Origin: an uncultured delta proteobacterium
Lineage (GTDB): Bacteria; Desulfobacterota; Desulfuromonadia; Desulfuromonadales; BM103
NCBI GenBank assembly: GCA_963715335.1
Contig: CAVQRZ010000022.1
Coordinates: forward strand, 32,001 to 96,000
Length of the DNA: 64,000 bases
Reading direction: 5' to 3'
Part shown: positions 7,696 through 17,563 of the stretch, piece after piece
How the letters are laid out: every line of letters begins with the position of its first letter
How positions within the stretch are numbered: position 1 is the first letter of the stretch
The notes under the pieces: model-generated
What the model was told of the DNA's origin: nothing
Seen by the model: the letters and a program-made list of their open reading frames with translations, nothing else
Databases searched by the model: none
Program-made: the position numbers and the translations under genes

Positions 7696-10251
7696 TTAGA
7701 ACCAGGGGCCCTCAGTGCCGGAACCACCATGGCAGCTTACATTGCTGCACATTTTGGTCGTCGGGTTGTAGGTACCAGCCCCGTTGAACACGACGTTGGC
7801 TGGTTCTGTGTTGTCGTAATGGCCGATTGTGCCCGCACCGAAACCGTTGTGACATTCTATGCAAGGTTCCCGGTGGCGGCCCTCTCCGTGCCGACCTTGT
7901 CGGTTCGGTCTGACGTTGCCGACAAGTGAAGCGCTGTTCGGAGGACTAGAATGGCAGGAAACGCATCCAGACGAATTGGCCACCGGGTCCACATTATGGC
8001 AACTGGTGCAAGCCGGTCCGCTGCCACCCTCATAAGCCGCGCCGTGGCAGAGCGTACACATGTCAAATGAAGCAGTGCTTGAATGGTTGTATGTTGAAGT
8101 GTTATACCAGGTGGCTGGATGTGCCAAATTAACGCCATGACAAGTTTCACAACCGTTGCCGCCAATGCCTACATTGAAACGCGGATTGGTCCCCGGGCCC
8201 CCAGCCTCGGCGTGACAAGGCTGGCAGTCGAGCATGCCGTTGGGGAATGCTGCTGTTTGCGCTTTGGCCGCAGGTCCGTGATTTGCTGGTAATGTAAAGG
8301 TGCCATCCGTTGCGTGTGGAACTGTGCCACCGCCGCCCCCGAAGTCCTTAAGATTCACTGTCAGACCGGAGTCACTCAGTTGATGCGCAGGATTATTGAG
8401 ATGACATCCAGCGGCATCGCAGCCAAAGTTGGTCTCATTGTATTGGGGTGCGGAATTCATTTCGATATTGCCGTTCCAATGATCACCATTCGAGTTCGTG
8501 GCCCTGTCAAAGGAAGTGTAGTTGGTGGTTGTCTCGAAGGTGCCGCCGCTTGCGGTTTGTTTCATGCCGTGACAGACCGTGCAGGTGTCATGCAGGCTGA
8601 TATTGGCAACAGTGCGGTGGTCAACCGGAGTGGGGATATCTGAAATCTCTGTTGAACCGATGGGTGGGTAGCCATGGCAGGCGATGCAGTTCAGTGTGAA
8701 GTTTGCCGTTTCTGCATGGCAGCTCGTACAAGCGACCCCGACACCCACACCATCCAGATTCACACCGTGGCAAAGTGTACAGGCGTTCTGAACATTCCCG
8801 GCCTGATAATGGAAGGTATTATTCGGGCCGGCCCAGCTTTGTGGATGCGCCAGATTGACACCATGACAGGTTTCACAACCGTTGCCGCCAATACCTACAT
8901 TGAAACGCGGATTGCTGCCCGGACCACCGGTTTCGGCATGACAGGGCTGACAGACAGTCAGGTCCGTTCTGGCATCGGGACCATGCAGACTGGGACTGCT
9001 ATAGGTCCCATCAACCGGATGTGGAACTGTAATACCCGATCCGAAATTTTTCAGGTTCACTGTTAACCCAGAATCAGAAAGTTGGTGGGCCGTGTCGTTA
9101 CCGTGACATCCAGCGGCATCGCAGCCAAAATTAGTTTCATTGTACTGGGTACTCAAGTTCATCTCGATATTACCGTTCCAATGATCACCGTTGGTATCCG
9201 TGGCCTTGTCAAACAGAGTGTAGTTGGTAGCTGCCAAGAAGCCACCGCCGGCAGCAGTTTCCTTCATACCGTGACATGCCACGCAGGTGTCATGAAGGCT
9301 GATATTGGCGGCATTGCCGTGGGGAACCGGAATGGGCACATCAAGATCTACCGAACCGTCCGGTGGTGAACCGTGACAAGCAACACAGTCGAGGGTCAAA
9401 CTCACCGCATCGGCATGACAGTTGAGACAATTCGGACCGACACCACCGACGCCATCCAGATTCACTCCATGACAGAGTGTACAGGAATTCTGAATGTTCC
9501 CGGCGCTGTAATGAAAAGTGTTGTTAGGTCCAGCCCAGTTCTGCGGATGCGCCAAATTGGCACCATGACAGGTTTCGCAACCGTTGCCGCCAATGCCAAC
9601 ATTGAAACGAGGATTGGAGCCGGGACCGCCTGATTGGCCATGACAGGCCTGGCAGGAGGTCAGGTCCGCTTTGGCGTCAGGGCCGTGTGCGCTGCCACTG
9701 CGATACGTGCCATCAACGGGATGTGGTGCTCCGGGGCCACCAGCGTGACAACCGCGACCGTCAAAGCTCTCCGAGGAACAGCTCGGCGCTGTTTGGTAGC
9801 CCTGCAGATCTTGTCCGTGACATTCTTGACAGGAATCAGACGAGTTCGCCGTAACATAACTACCGTGATTGGTATATGGATCCGTCCATGTTGAAGGGTG
9901 AGTCGAAAATGGTGGGACCGGATTGTAGGAGTGGCAACTGTAGCAGCTGACGGCATCTCCGCTGCCGCGCAAATCAGGTCCGTGACATTTGGTGCAATCC
10001 TCATATGCCAGGCTTGCAAACGCCGGTGTCGGGGTGACAAGCATGTCAACCACATGAGCAAACGTGGCAACTGGATCTTCACGTAATGACGCGGGGCTGC
10101 CATCCGCTATTGCAATGGCCGCCGCAGCATGGCTGGAAAACCAACCATCGGGATGTGCGTTCGTATCAGAGGGAGAATCCGAGCCACCGCTGGAACAAGC
10201 ATTGAGTAATACAACCGAAGCCAGTAAGACCAAATATACCAGTTTACGCAT
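7696..10251 (-). CDS. Large outer-surface multiheme c-type cytochrome lipoprotein (ExtG-like), 21 CxxCH plus 3 CX4CH plus 1 CX9CH
   Basis: Lipobox LLNAC; heme motifs counted by eye; three ~234-aa internal repeats; AAGGAGG before ATG 10251. Confidence 0.93.
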   Translation of the reverse strand: MRKLVYLVLLASVVLLNACSSGGSDSPSDTNAHPDGWFSSHAAAAIAIADGSPASLREDPVATFAHVVDMLVTPTPAFASLAYEDCTKCHGPDLRGSGDAVSCYSCHSYNPVPPFSTHPSTWTDPYTNHGSYVTANSSDSCQECHGQDLQGYQTAPSCSSESFDGRGCHAGGPGAPHPVDGTYRSGSAHGPDAKADLTSCQACHGQSGGPGSNPRFNVGIGGNGCETCHGANLAHPQNWAGPNNTFHYSAGNIQNSCTLCHGVNLDGVGGVGPNCLNCHADAVSLTLDCVACHGSPPDGSVDLDVPIPVPHGNAANISLHDTCVACHGMKETAAGGGFLAATNYTLFDKATDTNGDHWNGNIEMNLSTQYNETNFGCDAAGCHGNDTAHQLSDSGLTVNLKNFGSGITVPHPVDGTYSSPSLHGPDARTDLTVCQPCHAETGGPGSNPRFNVGIGGNGCETCHGVNLAHPQSWAGPNNTFHYQAGNVQNACTLCHGVNLDGVGVGVACTSCHAETANFTLNCIACHGYPPIGSTEISDIPTPVDHRTVANISLHDTCTVCHGMKQTASGGTFETTTNYTSFDRATNSNGDHWNGNIEMNSAPQYNETNFGCDAAGCHLNNPAHQLSDSGLTVNLKDFGGGGGTVPHATDGTFTLPANHGPAAKAQTAAFPNGMLDCQPCHAEAGGPGTNPRFNVGIGGNGCETCHGVNLAHPATWYNTSTYNHSSTASFDMCTLCHGAAYEGGSGPACTSCHNVDPVANSSGCVSCHSSPPNSASLVGNVRPNRQGRHGEGRHREPCIECHNGFGAGTIGHYDNTEPANVVFNGAGTYNPTTKMCSNVSCHGGSGTEGPWF

Positions 10252-10277
10252 GGAGTCCTCCTTATAAATGTTAATCT

Positions 10278-10748
10278 CTAACCGTGACATTTCGCACAGG
10301 TCTTAGCCGACTTCGGGTTGCCGTGACAGCGGAAACAGGACGTCGGATCGACCCGACCATCGATGCGATGGCGACTGAGGTAGTCACCACGGTGCGGCAT
10401 AGTGCGATAGGTGTCGGACTGGTTCTTCAGCGATGGTTTCAGTTCCACCCGGGTCGCGTGGCAGTCGTTGCAAAAACTGGTCTGGTGGCACATGGCACAG
10501 ATCGCTTCACCCTGGGTCGCCTCAGGACGATGGCTCTTGCCGAAGTCCGCGGTGTGCACATAACGTTCGTAGTGCAACGCTTCGCCGCGTTCGTGGCATT
10601 CGAGACAATTCTTCGGCAGAGTTTCGAGTTCGGCCGCCGTAGGATGCTTGGCTAACCGTGTCGTACTGCTCTGCAGACTGGCACAGGCCGCCACCAGCAG
10701 CACGACTGCCAGCAAGGTTAGAATCGAGAGTAAGCTCTTGTTCACCAT
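10278..10748 (-). CDS. Pentaheme c-type cytochrome lipoprotein (ExtC/ExtF-like)
   Basis: Lipobox VAAC; CLECH, CAMCH, CNDCH, CFRCH, CAKCH; PHRGDYLSRHRIDG motif. Confidence 0.9.
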   Translation of the reverse strand: MVNKSLLSILTLLAVVLLVAACASLQSSTTRLAKHPTAAELETLPKNCLECHERGEALHYERYVHTADFGKSHRPEATQGEAICAMCHQTSFCNDCHATRVELKPSLKNQSDTYRTMPHRGDYLSRHRIDGRVDPTSCFRCHGNPKSAKTCAKCHG

Positions 10749-10784
10749 GGTATATATCTCCTGTCAGAACCGAAAAACCGCTAT

Positions 10785-12068
10785 TTATTTATCGTAGGCG
10801 TAAGACATGGTCAACATGCCGCGCAGATCGTCATCGAAATACGGGTCTTGACTGTAGTCACCCGACAGCGTAATCGACAGGGCGTCGTCCATGAAGCGTT
10901 TGCCACCAGCGAGAGACACGAACAGGGAACTATCCTCACCGTAAATATCTTCATCGTAGTAGGCCAGAAGCATGTCAGCGCTGAAGAAATCGAGCCAGAA
11001 CCGATCGGCCAGCGCATCGCAGTAGCCATACAGTCGCACCAGGGTGTAATCATTGCCGGCCGTATCGTCAGCAGCCGTATGGCCGATTTCGACCCCGTAC
11101 TGTGTCAGGTTGTCGCCCTGCCAACCGAGTAAAACGCTGTACATCTGGGCCTTGTCTTGTTGGTCGTAATCAAAAAACTTGGCTTTGCCGCCAAGGGTCC
11201 ATGCTTCATCGAGCCGCCACAAGGCATCGAGACCGTAGGCTGTCATCTCCTCGTCAAACTGGGACAGAAAGCTGAACGGGTTGACGGCATTGGCGCCGAT
11301 ATCGAAATAATCCTCGTAGGAAAAATGTTGGTAATAGGGTTTAAAGAGAACATTGCCGACCGGGATGCGCAGCTCATAGGAATGCTCTGCCCAGCCCTCC
11401 GTCTCTTGGTTGTATTTGGAGAAGCCGTACAGGCTTAAGTTTGCAGGCAGGAACACCGACATATCGACGCCGAGCATCTCTTCGGTGGTGTCGCTATCAT
11501 TTTCAATTGATTTGTAGGAAACGCCAACTTCGTAATGTGCGCCTAAGTGGTGAGCCAGACGCCCGCCGAAGATGCTGTCGCCGCTGCGACCCTGCTCCGA
11601 ATCAAGCGCTCCCGGCTGTCCGCCATAGAGAGAAACATCGAAATAGTCGCCCAGGGCACTGCCCAGGTAAAGGCCGTCGACAGCATCGTTCGCCACGCCC
11701 TCAAAGACCTGAAAACGGCCGAGCTTGGCATTCAAGCTGTTGGCTTCCTGGCGATACTCCAGGTAGCCGTACAGAAGTTCTCCTGCTGTCTGGTCCTCAT
11801 AATAGTCGTTGTCGGCGAAGTCGGCCCGCCCCCAACCATAGAGGTGAAAGGAGAGCCCGTAGTCCTCCAGTTGGCCGGCGTCGATCTGGAGGTATTCGTA
11901 GCCCGGCAGAACCGTTGCATCTTCCTCGCTTGAGGTATCCCGCTCGAAAAGTCTAAAAATGGTGTCGGATTTGATTTGAACTTCTGCACCTAAAGTACAG
12001 ACTGGGGAAAGCAACAAAATTAGAACGAAAGCAAAGCATAACCCGTGACAGAAGACGAAACTTCGCAT
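10785..12068 (-). CDS. Outer-membrane beta-barrel porin of a porin-cytochrome conduit (ExtB/ExtE-like)
   Basis: Signal peptide, amphipathic Tyr/Gly/Asp-rich strands, terminal SYAY; directly upstream of two multiheme lipoproteins; GGAGG RBS. Confidence 0.85.
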   Translation of the reverse strand: MRSFVFCHGLCFAFVLILLLSPVCTLGAEVQIKSDTIFRLFERDTSSEEDATVLPGYEYLQIDAGQLEDYGLSFHLYGWGRADFADNDYYEDQTAGELLYGYLEYRQEANSLNAKLGRFQVFEGVANDAVDGLYLGSALGDYFDVSLYGGQPGALDSEQGRSGDSIFGGRLAHHLGAHYEVGVSYKSIENDSDTTEEMLGVDMSVFLPANLSLYGFSKYNQETEGWAEHSYELRIPVGNVLFKPYYQHFSYEDYFDIGANAVNPFSFLSQFDEEMTAYGLDALWRLDEAWTLGGKAKFFDYDQQDKAQMYSVLLGWQGDNLTQYGVEIGHTAADDTAGNDYTLVRLYGYCDALADRFWLDFFSADMLLAYYDEDIYGEDSSLFVSLAGGKRFMDDALSITLSGDYSQDPYFDDDLRGMLTMSYAYDK

Positions 12069-12442
12069 ATAACCTCCCAAAGATGCTTTTCAACCTCACA
12101 AAACCTATATATCAGTGAGCAACCACTGGCTCACGCCCGTGACGTCATAACCGGCAAGTATCGCATGCCCGCTGGCGTCTTGAGCAGCGGGGACCTCCAT
12201 CTACAAGCCTGCGCATGTGGTATTAACGATGCAAGAATAAATGCAAAGTGACAAATATGCTAAATCATATGTAACTTTTGGCGTTTGCTCCACATTTATG
12301 CCTAAAACATTGATAAATCAGTAACTAATTTCTGTGGCATATCTAATACCAAATCCTGTACCACCGCGCTGATTATTAGAAGATTATTAGAAAAAAATAC
12401 AGCTTCTAGGCTAATTGACATCTACCAATAGTTTCAAGAATT

Positions 12443-12459
12443 AGCATGGTATATGCCAA
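12443..12459 (-). promoter_or_regulatory. sigma54 promoter candidate for the porin-cytochrome operon
   Basis: Minus strand TTGGCATATACCATGCT (GG-N10-GC). Confidence 0.5.
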
Positions 12460-12777
12460 ACGACGTTAGAAAAAATTATAGTTTTCCACATTGCAATCAT
12501 AAGGGACTGAAATCTAATTGATATTTACTCTGCTATAAAGTCAGTTTTGTATTAAATAGGTAGGCAGTTGGTATATATGATGGATTAAAATATAAGAGAA
12601 TTGTCGTTATTCTATAGATGAGAGTGTGTGTTTTTAACTACAGTCAATATAATCCTTGCACTCATATTCGTTCGGCACACAGGGTCGTGCTCAACTCGAA
12701 AAAAAGGTGCAGATGTCTTTCCAGAGGATGATTTCTAAGCCTAAAGAAGATTATTCAATAAATATCTGTTTGGGCAT

Positions 12778-13770
12778 TTAAAAAGTGTGTTTCAGGCTGA
12801 GGTGAAATGCGATATCTGGAGAAACATCGACATTGAGGTCTTCACTGAAAGCAAGATCTAATATTGTTTTTTCTGTTAACGCGAAAGATCCTCCCAGTGT
12901 CATTATTAGCGCCGGATCGCCCAGTTCCTTTAAATGGCTGTCATAGAGTGCAGAATGACTATCGAATTGAATTTTCAAGCCAAGCCAATGGTAGGGACTC
13001 CACCCACCTCCAAGCCAACCATTTGCCACCCAATGATTGACTCTGTCTTCTAAAACCTCACCACTCCCTAAGTAATTTCCAGCAATCCCGGCCCATACAG
13101 AATAGCTTCCTGATGAGAGGCTGTCTGCATATTGTGTCATCAGCGAAAAAGATGTATCCCAAGCCTCACTGCCTGTGAGCTTTTCAGCATTACCAGTTGG
13201 CGCTTTAACTGAAAATTGCATTGCATAAGAGGCCTTTTTTCCGGAAAACAGTTCATAAACAAGGTTTGCTCTGAGATCACCAAAGCCACCATCCTCGCTG
13301 TTAACATTGAACCCCTCTTTTCCATCCTTGCCGAAGTAGTTCAATTGATCATCTGGAAACTTGTCGCGGTCGCCGTTGGGCAGGCCAAAAAAATCATGCC
13401 AGTCGGAAATAAAACTATCCAAAAAACCGTTAGCATGCTGAATGTAAGGAATATCTATCCCGGCCTGCAGTCGCTCTGACAAACCATATCGAATGCTGAG
13501 TGTCCCGATGTAAGTTTCTCCATCGAGAATGATGGCTTCATTCAAGCTCTGATTGGATGTGGCATTATTGACCAGATCAAAGGAGACCTGAGCCATCTTT
13601 GCTCCAGAAGAAAGAACGTTAGATGATTCCGCTATGGCCAGACCATGCACAAGGGCTGTTGGTGAAAGATTTCGAACTGAAAATGGTGTCAGTTCGACTG
13701 CATGGCCGATCTTTAAGAGGCAGAAGATAATGATGAATGTCAAACCAGAGATTTTAAATGTAGTCTGCAT
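12778..13770 (-). CDS. DUF3187-like outer-membrane beta-barrel protein
   Basis: Signal peptide; PFSVRNLSP, LDGET, GFLDSFISDWHDFFGLPNGDR, APTG; C-terminal F. Confidence 0.8.
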   Translation of the reverse strand: MQTTFKISGLTFIIIFCLLKIGHAVELTPFSVRNLSPTALVHGLAIAESSNVLSSGAKMAQVSFDLVNNATSNQSLNEAIILDGETYIGTLSIRYGLSERLQAGIDIPYIQHANGFLDSFISDWHDFFGLPNGDRDKFPDDQLNYFGKDGKEGFNVNSEDGGFGDLRANLVYELFSGKKASYAMQFSVKAPTGNAEKLTGSEAWDTSFSLMTQYADSLSSGSYSVWAGIAGNYLGSGEVLEDRVNHWVANGWLGGGWSPYHWLGLKIQFDSHSALYDSHLKELGDPALIMTLGGSFALTEKTILDLAFSEDLNVDVSPDIAFHLSLKHTF

Positions 13771-13981
13771 GGCAAGCAAAAGTCCCGCTATGTAGTTAAT
13801 ATTTCAGTTCTTACCCGCCCCATATTAATGATATTTTGTTGTTATTTTGCAAGATTTTAATTTAGTTATTTAGTTAAAAACTTCACCCTGAGGCGGGCCT
13901 GTCTCATACCATGGAAGCCTTCAACCTTCGCATCGAAGGCTTTTCTCGTAAGCCACGACTGACGAGACGAAAACAAGCGTC

Positions 13982-14062
13982 TTATTGATAGAGGTATTCA
14001 GTAAGCCAAATTTATGGCCACCAGGGCTCGATCCTTGGTGCCTTTTTATTTATCAGGGTCAG
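13982..14062 (+). repeat. Diverged direct repeat copy B (contains hairpin)
   Basis: TTATTGATAGAG-N20-ATGGCCACC...GGTCAG, matches 7495-7572. Confidence 0.7.
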
Positions 14063-14261
14063 TAATAATTCCGCATTTCTGCCAATCTGAGCACCCCCAA
14101 ACAATGCATAGCATATTTAAGACAATCATCGGCTCGTGCGGAGGACATCAAAAGTCCGGTCCAGGGTGAATGATTGGGGAAGAAGTGGAGGCAGAATTAT
14201 GGGAATGAAAAAGCCCCAACCGAGATGGCTGGGGCCTTTGGATCAAGCTGTAGTCAAAAGT

Positions 14262-14690
14262 TCAGTAGGTTACTTTGATGGCCGCAAGTTCTTCTATTGT
14301 CAAGTCTTTGAAGCGTTTGAGCGTCCAGCCACCGACCCAAGATTTAAACAGGGCGAGATTCTGTTGGCGCTCCTCTTCGTTATCTCCAAGGTGCTCATAC
14401 ATATTCCCAGGTTTTGTATCATCCAATCTGCGCATCAATGCACCAGTGTCTGGCCATCCAGTGAAATAGACCAAATATGTGTAACTATCCATGCGTGGGC
14501 CAACCCCTTCAGCAATCCATTTTTCCTTGTCAAGCTTGAAAGCTTTGTATTCAGGTGCTGATTCACCATGACATGCACTACATTGAGCATCAAAAATAGG
14601 CTTGATGTGCTCCCTGTAAGTGGCCTCTGAAGCATATGCAACTGAAGCGAACAAAACTGATACTGCAATGATGACTACAAGTTTCTTCAT
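14262..14690 (-). CDS. Periplasmic monoheme c-type cytochrome
   Basis: Signal peptide (AYA-S), single CSACH; AAGGAGG RBS. Confidence 0.85.
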   Translation of the reverse strand: MKKLVVIIAVSVLFASVAYASEATYREHIKPIFDAQCSACHGESAPEYKAFKLDKEKWIAEGVGPRMDSYTYLVYFTGWPDTGALMRRLDDTKPGNMYEHLGDNEEERQQNLALFKSWVGGWTLKRFKDLTIEELAAIKVTY

Positions 14691-15044
14691 GTTTTTCCTC
14701 CTTGGAAATGAAATTCGTTATCATTTACATGAAGGTTGTTCTTACTGTCAATTTTTTTGTGATTAAATATCGCCCATTTAAATATGAAGACCTCAAAATA
14801 CGCCTAACACAATCCCCCTCAACACACCTCCGCCCCAGACATGCCCCGGAGACAAAACCCCGCCCCGGAGCATTCATAGCCTCCATTCGTGAGACCTAGA
14901 AATGAAGACAAATAGGAATTCCTAATGGCATGAACACTAAAGCCCTCAATCTAAGGATTTAAGTACTACAGAATGCAAGATGCTTAATAGGAAGGCCTAG
15001 CCAAGATTTGGTGGGCCGTTTTTTTGTTTTTGGTGTCTATACAT

Positions 15045-16013
15045 TCAGAAAGAATAGATCAGTTTCAAATCAATTGATACCGAATCCCAATTCACCTCAT
15101 TCAATCTTGTATATAAAACGGTGCCATCTGTAAGATAAACTCGTTCGTTGCCAGCATCAGTTTCCCAATCTTGGTATGTCCCCTGGAGACCTATTTGCCA
15201 GTTCTTAAATAATAAATAGTCTATATTGAGGTCTAAAAGGACACCAGAGCCATCCGCTTGGTGATCAAAGCTTCTGGGGTGCTGAAGATCTTCTCTCAGA
15301 TTCCAGTCTGCCACAGCACTGTAAGCAGCCCAGTGATACTCAATTTGAGATGAGACTTTTAATTTCTCCCCGATCAGAGATTCAAAAAATACTCCCAACC
15401 ATGGTCCCTTCCATTCAGTTTCATAACGGCTATCTAAACCTGGATATGAACCGATGGGAGGGTTTTCAATATAAGCGTCTGTCAATGTCAGGTTTTGCTC
15501 GTGGTAGGAATAGCCGATTAAAGGAACGATCGAGTATCGGGGATTATTGAAAGTTAGATTAGGGCCAAAGAAAAGAGATATGTCCAAGACGTCACCATCA
15601 TCAGACTTACTTGTTATCCTCGAGAACTGGTTAGTTCGATTATCTCCTGAATAATCTGAGTCTGTATTTTTACCATTAAATATTTGTCCATAATTAAATT
15701 TAAAACCCATAAAAAAACCCAGCGAATCGTAATCGTTTCTTGATACTTCAAGTTTTGTATCTAAACCAAGCTGCCAGATTTCTAAATCGTTCCATTTCAG
15801 TTCAGACAGAACGGTGGGGTTGTTGCCCTCGATATTTCCTGCCTTGTTCCAATCCAAGTCGTCATTTCGTAATCCTGTCGAAAAACCAATATCAACTCTT
15901 TTGATAAATAAAGGTGTCCTGTCATCTGCATAACTGATTGACAGGCAAGTCGATATTATAATGAATATCAATAAAATATTTCGTATTAAAAAATGGAGTA
16001 TTCTAAAGGTCAT
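15045..16013 (-). CDS. Omptin-like outer-membrane beta-barrel protein
   Basis: Signal peptide; VLSELKW and TDSDY omptin-like motifs; C-terminal YSF. Confidence 0.7.
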   Translation of the reverse strand: MTFRILHFLIRNILLIFIIISTCLSISYADDRTPLFIKRVDIGFSTGLRNDDLDWNKAGNIEGNNPTVLSELKWNDLEIWQLGLDTKLEVSRNDYDSLGFFMGFKFNYGQIFNGKNTDSDYSGDNRTNQFSRITSKSDDGDVLDISLFFGPNLTFNNPRYSIVPLIGYSYHEQNLTLTDAYIENPPIGSYPGLDSRYETEWKGPWLGVFFESLIGEKLKVSSQIEYHWAAYSAVADWNLREDLQHPRSFDHQADGSGVLLDLNIDYLLFKNWQIGLQGTYQDWETDAGNERVYLTDGTVLYTRLNEVNWDSVSIDLKLIYSF

Positions 16014-16219
16014 GATTCAATATATATCCGACCGTGGGTTTTCAGAAATTACAGGAGAAAAACGCCCTGAGTGAGGAAGGCAATTAATAACATATTTGAG
16101 TTAAATATATAAGGGTCACATTAGAATTAATGTGAATTAAATCACAGAGATGAAAAAATGGCCCTTCCGCCCAGGAGGGGCCATTCTAATATTGCTGGAT
16201 TTAAGGGATGTCCGGCCCT

Positions 16220-16378
16220 ATAACTGAGCCAACAATCTTCCCTCCGGAATCGTGGTAGCACATCCGATTCGGTCCACCTTGTAACATCATCCAACTTAAA
16301 AGGTTTTACGAAAAATTTGCATCCCAGTTCCTCGACGGCCTCTCCATTGCTCATTTGAAGTATCGGCGCTCATTAAAG
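16220..16378 (-). pseudogene. Frameshifted C-terminal remnant of a response-regulator receiver domain
   Basis: Across three frames: ALMSADTSNEQW / [22 protein letters not shown] / CATTIPEGRLLAQL*; KPF motif present, no N-terminus. Confidence 0.6.
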
Positions 16379-17118
16379 CCTACGTGAGTAGAGCAGCACA
16401 GGAACCCTGACATCGGGGTAATAAGAGAGATCCGAGCCGAGCTCAACATAAGCCTCTTCCAGCTTTTTAAGTATCTCCTTGGACAGCTGAGCGGTCTGAT
16501 CATCATCGACAAACGCAAGATGAAAGTGACCGGTGACTTCTTTCTCCATCTGCTTCTCAATTTGCCACTCGCGATTTACTTTTTCCCTCAACACTGTGGC
16601 CTGTCCGCCTCCTCCCAGAGCTATCGACTTACTCAAGGCATCAAGAGCCTCTTGCATGCGGCCATCTGCATAGTTGGCCCTACCGAGCAATAGATAGGTT
16701 GTCGAATCTCTAGAATCTAGACCAAGAGCCTGATCGAGGATTGAGACTGCCTCTGCATAATGACCCGTCTTAAGGAGTACTATTGCTTCCCCCTTCCATA
16801 GGTGCAGATCATCGACATTGTATCGTCGCCCTTCTATAAAGGCATGACGTGCTGCAGAGAAGTCGCCGGCCTCGAGAAGCTGATATCCATTACCCAAATA
16901 TGCCGAAGCATGCAAATGAGAGATTCGCTCTGGATCGGGCATCAACTCTTCAAGCTCATCCAATAATTCGAGCGCTCTGGCATAATTCTGTTGATCCATG
17001 AAATCGATTACCAGGCTCACCTTCTGTTCCACCAGCGAGGCGGAAGCTGGCAATGGTTGCAAAAGAGTCAACAGCAAGAGCAGGAAGATTTGGATCAACA
17101 GACGACCGGGCTGCACGT
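16373..17118 (-). pseudogene. Truncated paralog of the TPR / peptidase-MA protein at 43737-45005 (start uncertain)
   Basis: Colinear similarity to 43737-45005 up to YYPDVRVPVLLYS, then a stop; the HEXXH domain is missing. Confidence 0.75.
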
Positions 17119-17563
17119 CTTTGCGAAGAACGTCGTCAAAATAATTAATTAGACAAACCATTGATAGAATTGACATCGTTTTACAGAAGTTGTTATGGAG
17201 GTATGTGATTGGAACAACACAAAATCCTAAAGGCAAAGATAAATATTACATCCAACATCAATATATTCACCTTAGAGCCTCAGTTTCAAGCTGAAAAATG
17301 ATAAATTAGACCATTATGGCTCGTAAAGAACTGGAAAGCATTACTATTTGTCACCATTTGCAGTAACGCATGGACAATCACCGGTCAGCATTCTTATATG
17401 TATTGTTGCAACTCATTCTTGGATCACCTAGGGATATTTAGTAAGCGGTGAGCGTATGCTTCCAGTTTTATAGACTTCCCCTGATCAGTCACAAAAAACC
17501 CCCCCTGCAATTTTCCGTGAGAGCTATTTCCTATATCTGAATATTCTGGTGTTTGAGTTCATT

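Noticed and set aside
12080..12260. GEMM-I (c-di-GMP/cGAMP) riboswitch upstream of the cytochrome operon
   Set aside because: No recognisable AAACC..GNRA..GGGACG.AAAGC core by eye; needs Infernal to exclude
13940..13980. Hammerhead ribozyme (CUGACGA...GAAA)
   Set aside because: No stem II between the core elements and no flanking stems; reads better as a coding remnant
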